From the NCBI GenBank assembly GCA_964202905.1, contig CAXNJO010000002.1, forward strand, positions 160,001 to 224,000: a stretch of 64,000 bases of DNA, given 5' to 3'. A model generated the notes under the pieces. That model saw only the letters and a program-made list of their open reading frames with translations. It ran no database searches and was not told where the DNA came from. Shown here in pieces: positions 40,380 through 49,741 of this stretch. This DNA is from Polyangiales bacterium. GTDB lineage: Bacteria > Myxococcota_A > Polyangia > Polyangiales > JADJQN01. A program made the translations under genes and the position numbers. Numbering within the stretch: the first letter of the stretch is position 1; each line of letters opens with the position of its first letter.

Positions 40380-43300
40380 GTGAACGCCCGCATCGTCCCC
40401 GCTCGGTCCGCCCGCCTCCGCGCCCCGGTCGCGGCGCTCGCCCTGCTCGCCGTCGCCGCTTGCCAACCCGAGGAGTACGCGTTGCTCCTCGACGTGCATG
40501 CGCGCGGCGACCTGCGCGCCCTCGACGTGTCGGTGATCCCGCGCGACGGATCCGCGCCCGCCGCGACGCTCTCGCAGACGATCCTGCGCGACGCGGCCGC
40601 GATCGCCGCGGACACGCCGATCCGCGTGGCGGTCTCGTTCCTCGCGCCGGTGGACGTCATCGTCAACGTGTCCGGCACGGGCGCCGACGGCCCCTCGCTC
40701 GCGACGCGCTGCTACGCGATCGGCGGCGTCGTGCGCGACGACGCGCTGCTCGTCGACGTGCCCGCGACCGCGGACGCCGACGGCGACGGCTTCCCCGGGC
40801 AGGGCGCCGTGTCGTGCCTCGATCCCGCGGGCGCCGCGGGCAGCGGTCCGTGCGACAACGCCTGCCCCGGCGGCGTCGGCGTCGACTGCCGCGGCTGCAT
40901 CGGCGAGGCCTGCCCTACCGCAGCCGCCGACGCGGACGACACGATCTTCCCGGGCGCGGACGAGGTCTGCGCGGACGGCGTCGATCAGGACTGCGACGGC
41001 CGCGACGCGGAGTGCGGCGATCGGGACGGCGACGGCTACCGCAGCTGCGGCGTCGACAACGCGGGCGCCTGCGACTGCGCCGACACCGACCCGGCCCGCA
41101 ACCCGAGCGCGACCGACGTGTGCGGCGACGGCGTCGACCAGAACTGCGACGGGGCCGACGCCGCGTGCGACCGCGACGGCGACGGAGTCCCCGCGGACCG
41201 GGAGCGCGGCGGCACGCCCGACTGCGACGACACCGATCCGGCGGTCCGCCCCGACGTGGTGGGCGAGCCCACGCGCGAGCGCTGCACCGCCGACGGCGCG
41301 GAGGCGCGCGACGAGAACTGCAACGGCCTCACCGACGAGCTGCCCGAGTGCGCGAGCGACGACCTCGACGCCGACGGCGCCCTCGACTGCGCGCGCACGG
41401 GCGAGAGCGCGGGCTGCGACTGCAACGACTGCGATCCCACCGTCGGCCCGCGCGCGGTCGAGCGCTGCGGCAACGGCGTCGACGACGACTGCGACGGCAC
41501 GGACCGGCCGTGTCTCCCCACGGACCGCGACGGCGACGGCGCGGCGGCGACCTCCGCGGGCGGCACCGACTGCAACGACGACCCGGCCATGATGGGCGCG
41601 CGCTTCGGTCCGAACGCCATCGAGCTCTGCGGGAACGGCGTCGCAGAGCGCTGCGGTGTGGACGCCGCCTGCGCGCTCGACACCGACGGCGACGGCTACG
41701 CGGAGCCGCCGGGCTGCGAGGGCAACGCCGCGGTCGTCCCCTACAGCGACGAGCGCTGCAACGGCATCGACGACAACTGCGACGGCCGCGTCGACGAGCC
41801 GAGCGCGGTCGCGGGCGCGGCGTACGACGCCTGCGTCCTGCCGCGCGCGGGCGAGACGGGCTGCGACGGCGGCCGCTGCGCGGTGCAGTACGCGAACAAC
41901 TTCTTCCACTGTGGCGGCTGCCGCCTCGCGTGCGACTTCACCAGGACCGACGCCTGCATCGGCGGCACCTGCCAGTGCACGACGCGCGGCGGCAGCGTCG
42001 ATGCGTGCGGCGCGGGCGACACGTGCTGCGCCGGCGCGGGCTGCCACGACCTGCAATCGGATCTCAACTTCTGCGGCAGCTGCGGCAACGACTGCGAGGC
42101 GTTGTACGGCGCGCGCGTCGATCGCTGCGCGCTCGGCGGCTGCTCCTGCGGCGGCGGCGCGATCTGCGCCGAAGGCCAGACCTGCTGCGACGGGACGTGC
42201 GTGGATCTGCGCATCGACGCCGGGAACTGCGGGCGCTGCGGCAACCGCTGCGTGCTCGCGCAGGCGATCTCGCTCTGCGACATGGCGAGCTGCGCGGTCG
42301 ATGTCTGCGACAGCAACTTCGACGACTGCGACGGCGCAGCCCCGAACGGCTGCGAGGCGGCGCTCAACCGCGACGTGACGTGCGGGCTCTGCACGCGGCG
42401 CTGCTCGCTCAACGGGAGCTGCACGCCGGAGGGCACCGGCTTCAACTGCACGTGCGACACCGGCTACGCCGGCGACGGCGTGACGTGCAGCGACGTCAAC
42501 GAGTGCACCACGGGCACGCCCTGCGGGATGAACTCCGCGTGCACGAACACGATCGGCGCGTTCACCTGCGCCTGCCTCGCCGGCTACACGAGCGGAGACG
42601 GCCGCAACTGCACGAACGTCAACGAGTGCACCCCGTCGACGGCCTGCGGCCGAAACCTGAGCGCCGCCAACGGCTGCACCGACTCCCCCGGCAGCTATAC
42701 GTGCAGCTGCGCGGCCGGGTTCATGGCGACGGGCTCGGGGCTGATGGCCTCGTGCGCCAACGTCAACGAATGCAGCGCCGCCGCGCAGTGCGGCCGCATG
42801 CTGAGCGGCGGCAGCGTCAACGCCTGCACCGACACGACGGGCGGCTACACGTGCGCGTGCGGCGCGGGCTTCACGGCCTCCGGCTCCGGCCTCAGCGCGT
42901 CGTGCGTGAACGTGGACGAGTGCGCGACGGCCTCGCAGTGCGGCCGCGCCCGCGGCGGCGGCGGCGTCAACTCCTGCGCGGACACCTCGGGCGGCTTCAC
43001 GTGCAGCTGCGGACCGGGCTTCGTGATCTCCGGCTCCGGGCTCACGGCGACGTGCGTGAACGTCAACGAGTGCATGGGCACGAGCGCTTGCGGCCGCAAC
43101 CTCGGCGCGGTCAACACCTGCACGGACACGTCGGGCGGATACACGTGTGCGTGCGGCACGGGCTTCACGGCGCAGGGCAGCGGCCTCAGCGCGACGTGCG
43201 GCGACGTGAACGAGTGCGCGTCGGGCCTCGCCTGCGATCAGGCCGCCGGCAACACCTGCGCGAACAACGCGGGCGGATACACCTGCACCTGCACGGCCGG

Positions 43301-44321
43301 CTACACCGCCTCGGGCAGCGGCGCGACCGCGACGTGCGCGAACATCAACGAGTGCATGATACCGGCCCGCTGCGGGCGCACGCTCGGCGGCGGGGGCGTC
43401 AACACCTGCACCGACGCGACGGGTTCCTACCTGTGCATGTGCGGCGCAGGCTTCGCGCCGAGCGGCAGCGGGTTCTCCGCCTCGTGCGTCGACGTCGACG
43501 AGTGCACGGCGGCCCCCGCGCGGTGCGGGCGGACGCTCATGGGCGGCAGCGCCAACGCCTGCTCCAACACCTCGGGCGGCTACACCTGCGCGTGCGGACC
43601 GGGCTTCGCCCCGAGCGGCAGCGGCGCCTCGGCGACGTGCGTGAACATCGACGAGTGCGCCGTCACCGCGACGTGCAACCAGGCCGCGGGCAACGGCTGC
43701 ACGGACACGGGCGGCGGCTACACCTGCGCTTGCACCGATGGCTACGTGCCGAGCGGCTCCGGGCTCTCGGCGACGTGCGTCGACGCGAACGAGTGCGCGA
43801 CGTCCGCGCAGTGCGGCCGCACGCTCGGTGGGGGCAGCGTCAACACCTGCGGCAACACCGCAGGCAGCTACACGTGCACGTGCGGCGCCGGCTTCACGGC
43901 CTCGGGCAGCGGCGCGACCGCGACGTGCGTGAACGTCGACGAGTGCGCCACGCCGTCGCGCTGCGGACGCACGCTCGCCAACGGCGGCGCGAACGCCTGC
44001 GCGGACACCTCCGGCGGGTACACGTGCACGTGCGCGTCGGGCTTCGCGCTCTCGGGCAGCGGCCTCAGCGCGACCTGCAGCGACGTGAACGAGTGCACGG
44101 CAGGCACGCCCTGCGGGGCGGACGGGACGTGCAACAACTCGTCGGGCTCGTACTCCTGCACGTGCGGAAACACGACGCTCGACTGCGACGCGGCGCCGGA
44201 CTGCGAGACGACGCGCGGCACCGCGACGAACTGCGACACGTGCGGCGACGTCTGCTCGGGCATGACGCCCGTGTGCTGCCCGCAGGGCCCCATCAACTTC
44301 ATGTGCAAGGCCGCCTGCTGA
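40380..44321 (+). CDS. Large Cys-rich surface lipoprotein: MopE-related repeats, CGxCG modules and 12 calcium-binding EGF-like repeats
   Basis: Lipobox VAAC; multiple ExC.(D/N)GVDxxCDG motifs; twelve (D/N)-(V/I/A)-(D/N)-EC...C-x-(D/N)-xx-G-x-(Y/F)-x-C-x-C units. Start GTG 40380 or ATG 40368. Confidence 0.9.
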   Translation: MNARIVPARSARLRAPVAALALLAVAACQPEEYALLLDVHARGDLRALDVSVIPRDGSAPAATLSQTILRDAAAIAADTPIRVAVSFLAPVDVIVNVSGTGADGPSLATRCYAIGGVVRDDALLVDVPATADADGDGFPGQGAVSCLDPAGAAGSGPCDNACPGGVGVDCRGCIGEACPTAAADADDTIFPGADEVCADGVDQDCDGRDAECGDRDGDGYRSCGVDNAGACDCADTDPARNPSATDVCGDGVDQNCDGADAACDRDGDGVPADRERGGTPDCDDTDPAVRPDVVGEPTRERCTADGAEARDENCNGLTDELPECASDDLDADGALDCARTGESAGCDCNDCDPTVGPRAVERCGNGVDDDCDGTDRPCLPTDRDGDGAAATSAGGTDCNDDPAMMGARFGPNAIELCGNGVAERCGVDAACALDTDGDGYAEPPGCEGNAAVVPYSDERCNGIDDNCDGRVDEPSAVAGAAYDACVLPRAGETGCDGGRCAVQYANNFFHCGGCRLACDFTRTDACIGGTCQCTTRGGSVDACGAGDTCCAGAGCHDLQSDLNFCGSCGNDCEALYGARVDRCALGGCSCGGGAICAEGQTCCDGTCVDLRIDAGNCGRCGNRCVLAQAISLCDMASCAVDVCDSNFDDCDGAAPNGCEAALNRDVTCGLCTRRCSLNGSCTPEGTGFNCTCDTGYAGDGVTCSDVNECTTGTPCGMNSACTNTIGAFTCACLAGYTSGDGRNCTNVNECTPSTACGRNLSAANGCTDSPGSYTCSCAAGFMATGSGLMASCANVNECSAAAQCGRMLSGGSVNACTDTTGGYTCACGAGFTASGSGLSASCVNVDECATASQCGRARGGGGVNSCADTSGGFTCSCGPGFVISGSGLTATCVNVNECMGTSACGRNLGAVNTCTDTSGGYTCACGTGFTAQGSGLSATCGDVNECASGLACDQAAGNTCANNAGGYTCTCTAGYTASGSGATATCANINECMIPARCGRTLGGGGVNTCTDATGSYLCMCGAGFAPSGSGFSASCVDVDECTAAPARCGRTLMGGSANACSNTSGGYTCACGPGFAPSGSGASATCVNIDECAVTATCNQAAGNGCTDTGGGYTCACTDGYVPSGSGLSATCVDANECATSAQCGRTLGGGSVNTCGNTAGSYTCTCGAGFTASGSGATATCVNVDECATPSRCGRTLANGGANACADTSGGYTCTCASGFALSGSGLSATCSDVNECTAGTPCGADGTCNNSSGSYSCTCGNTTLDCDAAPDCETTRGTATNCDTCGDVCSGMTPVCCPQGPINFMCKAAC

Positions 44322-44380
44322 GGGCGGGCGTGGGTGCCCCCGTAGCGCCCCGAACGCCCTCGACGTAGCCTCGCGCGCGC

Positions 44381-45631
44381 ATGCACGAGCTCGGGCGCGC
44401 CGCCCCCCTCTACGCCGTCCTCCCCTTCGCGCTCCTGCTCCTCGCCATCGCGGTGCTGCCGCTCGCGGCCGCGCACTGGTGGGAGCACAACCGCAACAAG
44501 GCGCTCGTCGGCGGGCTGCTCTCGCTGCCGGTCGTCGTGTACCTGCTGCAGGCCGCGCCCGAGGCGCTCGCGCACTCGCTCATCGAGTACGCCTCCTTCG
44601 TCGCGCTGCTCGGCGCGCTCTACGTGGTCGCGGGCGGCATCCGCGTGACGGGCGACCTCCGCGCGACGCCGCTCACCAACGTGCTGCTGCTCGCTGCGGG
44701 CGCCGTGCTCGCGAACCTGATCGGCACGACGGGCGCGAGCATGGTGCTCATCCGCACCGTCCTGCGCACGAACCAGCAGCGCAGCCACACGGCGCACATC
44801 CCGTTCTTCTTCATCCTCGTCGTCTCGAACTGCGGCGGCCTGCTCACGCCACTCGGCGATCCGCCGCTCTTCATCGGCTACCTGCGCGGCGTCCCCTTCA
44901 CGTGGACCCTGCGCCTCTGGCCGGTCTGGCTCGGCGCGGTGGGCTATCTGCTCGCGCTCTTCTACGCGATCGACCGCCGCGCCTGGGCGCGCGAGAGCGA
45001 GGGCGCGCGCACCCGCGACGCCGCACAGGCGACGCGGCTCGGCGTCGAAGGCGGGTTCCACGCCGCGCTGCTCGCCCTCGTCGTCGGCGCCGTGTTCCTG
45101 CCGACGCCCTGGCGCGAGGCCGCGATGGTCGCGATCGCGGCCGTCTCGGCCTTCGCGGGGCCGCGCGCGCCGCGGGTCGCCAACGGCTTCAGCTGGGCGC
45201 CAATCGTCGAAGTCGCCGTGCTCTTCCTCGGCATCTTCGTGACGATGGTGCCCGCGCTCGCGATCCTCGAGGCGCGCGGCGGGGAGCTCGGGCTGACGCG
45301 GCCCTGGCAGTTCTTCCTGACGACGGGGGCGCTCTCCTCCGTGCTCGACAACGCGCCGACGTACCTGACCTTCCTCAGCACCGCGCAGGCGCTCGGCCTC
45401 GCGGACGAGGTCGTGGGCGTGCCCGCGATCTACCTCGTCGCGATCAGCTGCGGCGCCGTGCTGATGGGCGCGAACACGTACATCGGGAACGGACCGAACT
45501 TCATGGTCAAGGCGATCGCCGAGGAGATGGGCGTGACGATGCCCTCGTTCTTCCGCTACGCCGCGGCCGCGGTCGTCGTGCTCTCGCCCGTCTATGCCGT
45601 GCTTGCGGCCTGGCTCGCCTTCGTCGCGTAG
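44381..45631 (+). CDS. Ion-transporter-superfamily permease (putative Na+/H+ antiporter or citrate transporter)
   Basis: IGTTGASM, SNCGGLLTPLGDPPLFIGYLRGVPF, SSVLDNAPTYL and MGANTYIGNGPNFMVK. Confidence 0.88.
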   Translation: MHELGRAAPLYAVLPFALLLLAIAVLPLAAAHWWEHNRNKALVGGLLSLPVVVYLLQAAPEALAHSLIEYASFVALLGALYVVAGGIRVTGDLRATPLTNVLLLAAGAVLANLIGTTGASMVLIRTVLRTNQQRSHTAHIPFFFILVVSNCGGLLTPLGDPPLFIGYLRGVPFTWTLRLWPVWLGAVGYLLALFYAIDRRAWARESEGARTRDAAQATRLGVEGGFHAALLALVVGAVFLPTPWREAAMVAIAAVSAFAGPRAPRVANGFSWAPIVEVAVLFLGIFVTMVPALAILEARGGELGLTRPWQFFLTTGALSSVLDNAPTYLTFLSTAQALGLADEVVGVPAIYLVAISCGAVLMGANTYIGNGPNFMVKAIAEEMGVTMPSFFRYAAAAVVVLSPVYAVLAAWLAFVA

Positions 45632-45680
45632 GCACGCGCGACACCGCCAATGCCGCCGCGAGCGACGCGCGGCGCCGCGG

Positions 45681-47436
45681 TCAATGCGCGGGCGCAGCCC
45701 AGTCGGGGATCTTCAACGCGTCCTCGGCGCCGCCGCCACCGGCGCCATCCCCGCTGCCGCGGGGCGCGCGACCGCCGCCGCTCAGCGCGAGGTCGAGCTC
45801 CGTCGTCGCCGTCGGGGTGAGCGAGCGCGTCGCGGAGGCGCGCCCACGCCGCGCACGGAGCACGATGGCCTCTCCCGTGGGCGTGCGGAACTCGCAGGGG
45901 GTCTCGTCGCAGACGGTGCCGCGATCGTCCACGGTCACGAGCGCGCCCGCCGGCTGGCTGATCACGCGGACGACGACCTCGGCCGCCGGCGCCGGTGCGT
46001 CGGGCGACGCCGCGAGCCCCGCATCGGCCACCGCGGAATCGGAGGTCCCCGCGGCCGCACCGACCGCAGCCCGCGCCGACCGCGCCAGCACCGAGCGCAA
46101 TGGCCCCGAGCGGGGCCGCCGCGTTCGCTGCCGGATCGGGCCCCAAGTCAGGCGCCGTGGGGGAGCCCGCCGCGTCGCCGAGGAGCGTCGCATCCGCGGC
46201 AGGCCCGCGCGTCGCGGCCCACCCACCGACCCCCGCGGCCGCGAGCACCCCCGCGGCGACGAGCCCTGCGACGAGCCCGCCCCGACCGGCGCGTCGCAGG
46301 CCCGGCACCTCGGCCTCGGACGGCGCGACCGTGTCCGCAGCGCGCACCGCCCGGCGCTGCAGCGGCAGGGGGATCTCGGGGAGCGTGTGCGCCGCGGCGT
46401 GCGCGTGCGCCGTGGCGAGCGCATGCGACGCGGCGAGCGCATGCGACGCGGCGAGCGCCGGATCGTCGAGCGCGGCGAGGGCGCGCGCGAGCTCGTCCAT
46501 CGTCTGGAAGCGCAGGTCCGGGTCCTTCGAGAGCGTCTTCAGCAGGAGCGCCTCGAGCGCGGGCGAGACCTGCACGTTCGGGTTGATCTCGCGCAGCGCC
46601 GGGACCGGATCGAACATGTGCTGCGTGAGCACACCCATGAACGTGTCGCCGAGGTACGGCACGCGCCCGGCGAGCACCTCGAAGAGGATCACGCCGAGCG
46701 CGTAGATGTCGACGCGGTGATCGAGCGGCTTCCCGGCGGCCTGCTCGGGCGACATGTACTCGGGCGTCCCGAAGATCATGCCCGTCTTGGTGAGCTTGCG
46801 GCCGGGCGCGCCGGCCGTCTCGATGTCGCTCATCTTCGCGATGCCGAAGTCGACGATCTTCACGAAGTCGCGTGAGCCCGCGCGCTCGATCAGGAAGATG
46901 TTCTCGGGCTTCATGTCCCGGTGGACGATGCCCTTCTGGTGCGCGGCGCCGAGCGCACGGCAGCATTGCTGCAGCACCGCCACCGCGCGCGCCGACGAGA
47001 TCGTGCCCTCGCGCGCGAGGCGATCGGCGAGGTCCTCGCCGTCGAGCATCTCCATGACGAAGTAGCTCGCGCCGCTCGGCGTCTCGCCGAAGTCGGAGAT
47101 GTCGACGATGTTCTCGTGGCCGATGCGCGAGGCGCTCTTGGCCTCCTGGCGGAAGCGCTCGACGACGTCGGGGCGCGCGCCGAAGTCGTCGCGCAGCACC
47201 TTCAGCGCGACGTGCTTCTCGATGACGATGTGCTCCGCCTCGTAGACGATGCCCATCCCGCCCTCGCCGACGCGCCGCAGGATCTTGTAGCGATCGCCGA
47301 ACACCGAGCCGATCAGCGGGTCCGACGCGGAGGCGCCGAGCGCGATCGCCGACGCGCTGACGAGTCGCGCCCCGTCGAGTGGACAGAACGCCTCGCCACC
47401 GGGGTATTGCGTCTTGCAGCTGGGGCAGGCTTTCAT
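45681..47436 (-). CDS. Hanks-type Ser/Thr kinase: Zn-ribbon-like N-terminus, TM helix, PEGA; frameshift near 46070
   Basis: MKACPSC...CPLD, VGEGGMGIVY, HRDMKPEN, DFG and GTPEYMSPEQ. The PEGA part (VISQPAGALV) lies in the 45681 frame. Confidence 0.92.
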
Positions 47437-47464
47437 GCGCGCGCGTCCGTCCCGGTGGCCGAGG

Positions 47465-47493
47465 ACGCTAACATCGGGCCTCCGGGGGGTCAA
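47465..47493 (-). promoter_or_regulatory. Sigma70-like promoter of the kinase gene
   Basis: TTGACC (47493-47488), 17 nt, TAGCGT (47470-47465). Confidence 0.6.
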
Positions 47494-47592
47494 CGCAGGC
47501 CCTTCGATTCCCTCGTGAGTTCGCGCGCTTAGCGCGTGCCGCGCGGGCACGCTGCCGTTGCCACGCGGACGCCGCCGCGATATGGGGTCGCG

Positions 47593-49737
47593 ATGGGACG
47601 CATCCGTGTGCTCGACGATGCGCTCGCCGATCAGATCGCCGCAGGCGAGGTCGTCGAGCGCCCCGCGAGCCTCGTGCGGGAGCTGCTCGACAACGCGATC
47701 GACGCGGGCGCGACGCGCATCGTCGTCGAGGTCGGCGGGGGTGGCAGCGAGCTGCTGCGCGTCACCGACGACGGCGAGGGCATGGAGCCGGACGACGCCG
47801 TGCTCGCGCTGCGGCGGCACGCGACGAGCAAGCTCCGCGCGATCGAGGACCTCGAGACGATCCGCACGCTCGGCTTCCGCGGCGAGGCCCTGCCCTCGAT
47901 GGCGTCGGTCGGCCGGCTCGTGCTCACGACACGCACGCGCGCGGCGAGCGGCGGCACGCGCGTCGCGGTCGATGGCGGCGGCGCCCCGACCGTCACGCCG
48001 GTCGGCTGCGCGCCCGGCACGAGCGTCGAGGTGCGCGACCTCTTCTACAACGTGCCCGCGCGCCGCAAGTTCCTCCGCGCCGCAGCGACCGAGAGCGCGC
48101 ACATCGCGGAGGTGCTCGTGCGTGCGGCGCTCGCGCACCCGGCGCTGCACCTCGAGCTGCGCCGCGACGGCCGCGTCGCCCGCGTCTTTCTCCCCGCCGC
48201 GGACATCGCGAGTCGCGCGCGCGGCGTGCTCGAGTTGCCCACGCTCGCGCACCTCACCGGCGCCCGCGACGGCGTGCAGGTCGAGGCGCTGCTCGACGCA
48301 CCGGAGCGCGCGCGCACGGGCACGACGGCGCTGCACACCTTCGTGAACCGGCGCCCGGTGCGCGAGCGGACGCTGGCCCGCGCCGTCGCCTTCGCGTACG
48401 GCAGCGTGCTGCCGCCGGGGCGCTTCCCGACGGGCGTCGTCCACGTGACGATCGACCCGCGCGAGGTCGACGTGAACGTCCACCCGCAGAAGGCCGAGGT
48501 CCGCTTCGCGCGCGGCCGCGACGTGCTCGACGCGATCACGCGCGTGCTCGCGGGTGGGCTCGGAACGAGCGCGTGGGGCGGCCCTGCGGCGCGCGGGCAG
48601 GGCTTCTGGGCGGGCCGCCTCGCGCAGGGGCCGCGCACCGAGTCGGACGCACACGACGCCGTGCGCACGCCGGGCCACGGAGGCAACGCGGACCGAAGCG
48701 CGCCGCGCGACGACGCGAACGCGCTGTGGGGCTTCTCCGACACGCGCCCCGGCGCAGGCGGGCGCACCGCGTCGGGCGCGTCCTTCCCGGAGCTCTCCGG
48801 CGACTCTTCGCACCGTGCTGCCACTGCAATCGGTGTTGCAACGGACACACGTGTTGCAGATGACATGCGCGTTGCAGATGACATGCGCATTGCAACTGCA
48901 ACCCATGTTGCATCACCGTCCGGAGAGGCGTCCTCGCTGGCCGATACCGCAGGAAGCGCCGCGTTGGGCGCGGCCGCCCCGACGCGCACGCCCGGCGGCA
49001 CGCCCACCGCTGCGACGGGGGCGCCCGCAGCGCATCCCGCGCGCCCCTACGCAGCGGCCGCAGCGGCCGCGCTGCTCGGCGTCCCCGCGGCGCTCCTCGA
49101 CGGGGCCGCAGCGACGCGGGGTCCAACGGCGTCGCTGCCGGCGCTCGAGGCGCGCGGTGCGTTCGGCGTGCTGCGCCTGCTCGGGCAGGTGCGGCGCATG
49201 TTGCTCGTCTGTGAAGGTCCCGACGCGCTGCACGTGATCGACCAGCACGCCGCGGACGAGCGTGTGCAGTTCCACCGCCTGCGCCGCGCCTACGCCGCGC
49301 GCGAGGTGCGCGTGCAGCCGCTGCTGTTCCCCGAGCGGGTCGAGGTGTCGCCGCGCGAGGCGGCGCTGCTCGACGAGGCCCGCGCCGAGGTGCTCGCGCT
49401 CGGCCTCGACGTCTCGGTGCTCGGCGCGACGACGGTCGCGGTGCACACGGTGCCGGCGTTGCTGCACCGCGCGCACCCCGCGCGCCTCGTGCGCGACATC
49501 GTCGAGCAGCTCGAGCACACCGGCGGACGCGGCTTCGCGGACGCGCTCGACATGGCCATCGCGACGATGGCGTGCCACGGCGCCATCCGGGCCGGGGACG
49601 CGCTCGCCCCCGAGGAGGGACAGGCGCTGCTGCGCGCGCTCGACGAGATCGACGACTTCTCCGGACACTGCCCGCACGGGCGGCCGATCGTGTTCAGCGT
49701 GCCGTTCGGCGACCTCGAGCGGCGGCTCGGGCGCTAG
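47593..49737 (+). CDS. mutL: DNA mismatch repair protein MutL
   Basis: IAAGEVVERPAS, ELLDNAIDAGA, HATSK, GFRGEAL, DVNVHPQK; endonuclease motifs DQHAADER, ACH and CPHGRP. Confidence 0.97.
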   Translation: MGRIRVLDDALADQIAAGEVVERPASLVRELLDNAIDAGATRIVVEVGGGGSELLRVTDDGEGMEPDDAVLALRRHATSKLRAIEDLETIRTLGFRGEALPSMASVGRLVLTTRTRAASGGTRVAVDGGGAPTVTPVGCAPGTSVEVRDLFYNVPARRKFLRAAATESAHIAEVLVRAALAHPALHLELRRDGRVARVFLPAADIASRARGVLELPTLAHLTGARDGVQVEALLDAPERARTGTTALHTFVNRRPVRERTLARAVAFAYGSVLPPGRFPTGVVHVTIDPREVDVNVHPQKAEVRFARGRDVLDAITRVLAGGLGTSAWGGPAARGQGFWAGRLAQGPRTESDAHDAVRTPGHGGNADRSAPRDDANALWGFSDTRPGAGGRTASGASFPELSGDSSHRAATAIGVATDTRVADDMRVADDMRIATATHVASPSGEASSLADTAGSAALGAAAPTRTPGGTPTAATGAPAAHPARPYAAAAAAALLGVPAALLDGAAATRGPTASLPALEARGAFGVLRLLGQVRRMLLVCEGPDALHVIDQHAADERVQFHRLRRAYAAREVRVQPLLFPERVEVSPREAALLDEARAEVLALGLDVSVLGATTVAVHTVPALLHRAHPARLVRDIVEQLEHTGGRGFADALDMAIATMACHGAIRAGDALAPEEGQALLRALDEIDDFSGHCPHGRPIVFSVPFGDLERRLGR
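48835..48915 (+). repeat. Low-GC 18-bp periodic repeat x5 in the MutL linker
   Basis: (g/a)ttgca recurs at 48835, 48853, 48871, 48889 and 48907; two exact gttgcagatgacatgcgc copies. Confidence 0.85.
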
Positions 49738-49741
49738 CCCC

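Noticed and set aside
23220..44321. GT41 enzyme glycosylating the EGF repeats, by analogy with Notch
   Set aside because: The GT41 protein has no signal peptide while the EGF protein is exported; the animal EGF O-GlcNAc transferase is GT61; the genes are about 15 kb apart.
37843..49737. mutS2 and mutL as a mismatch-repair pair
   Set aside because: MutS2 lacks the mismatch-binding domain and is not the MutL partner; the genes are divergent and separated by unrelated genes.
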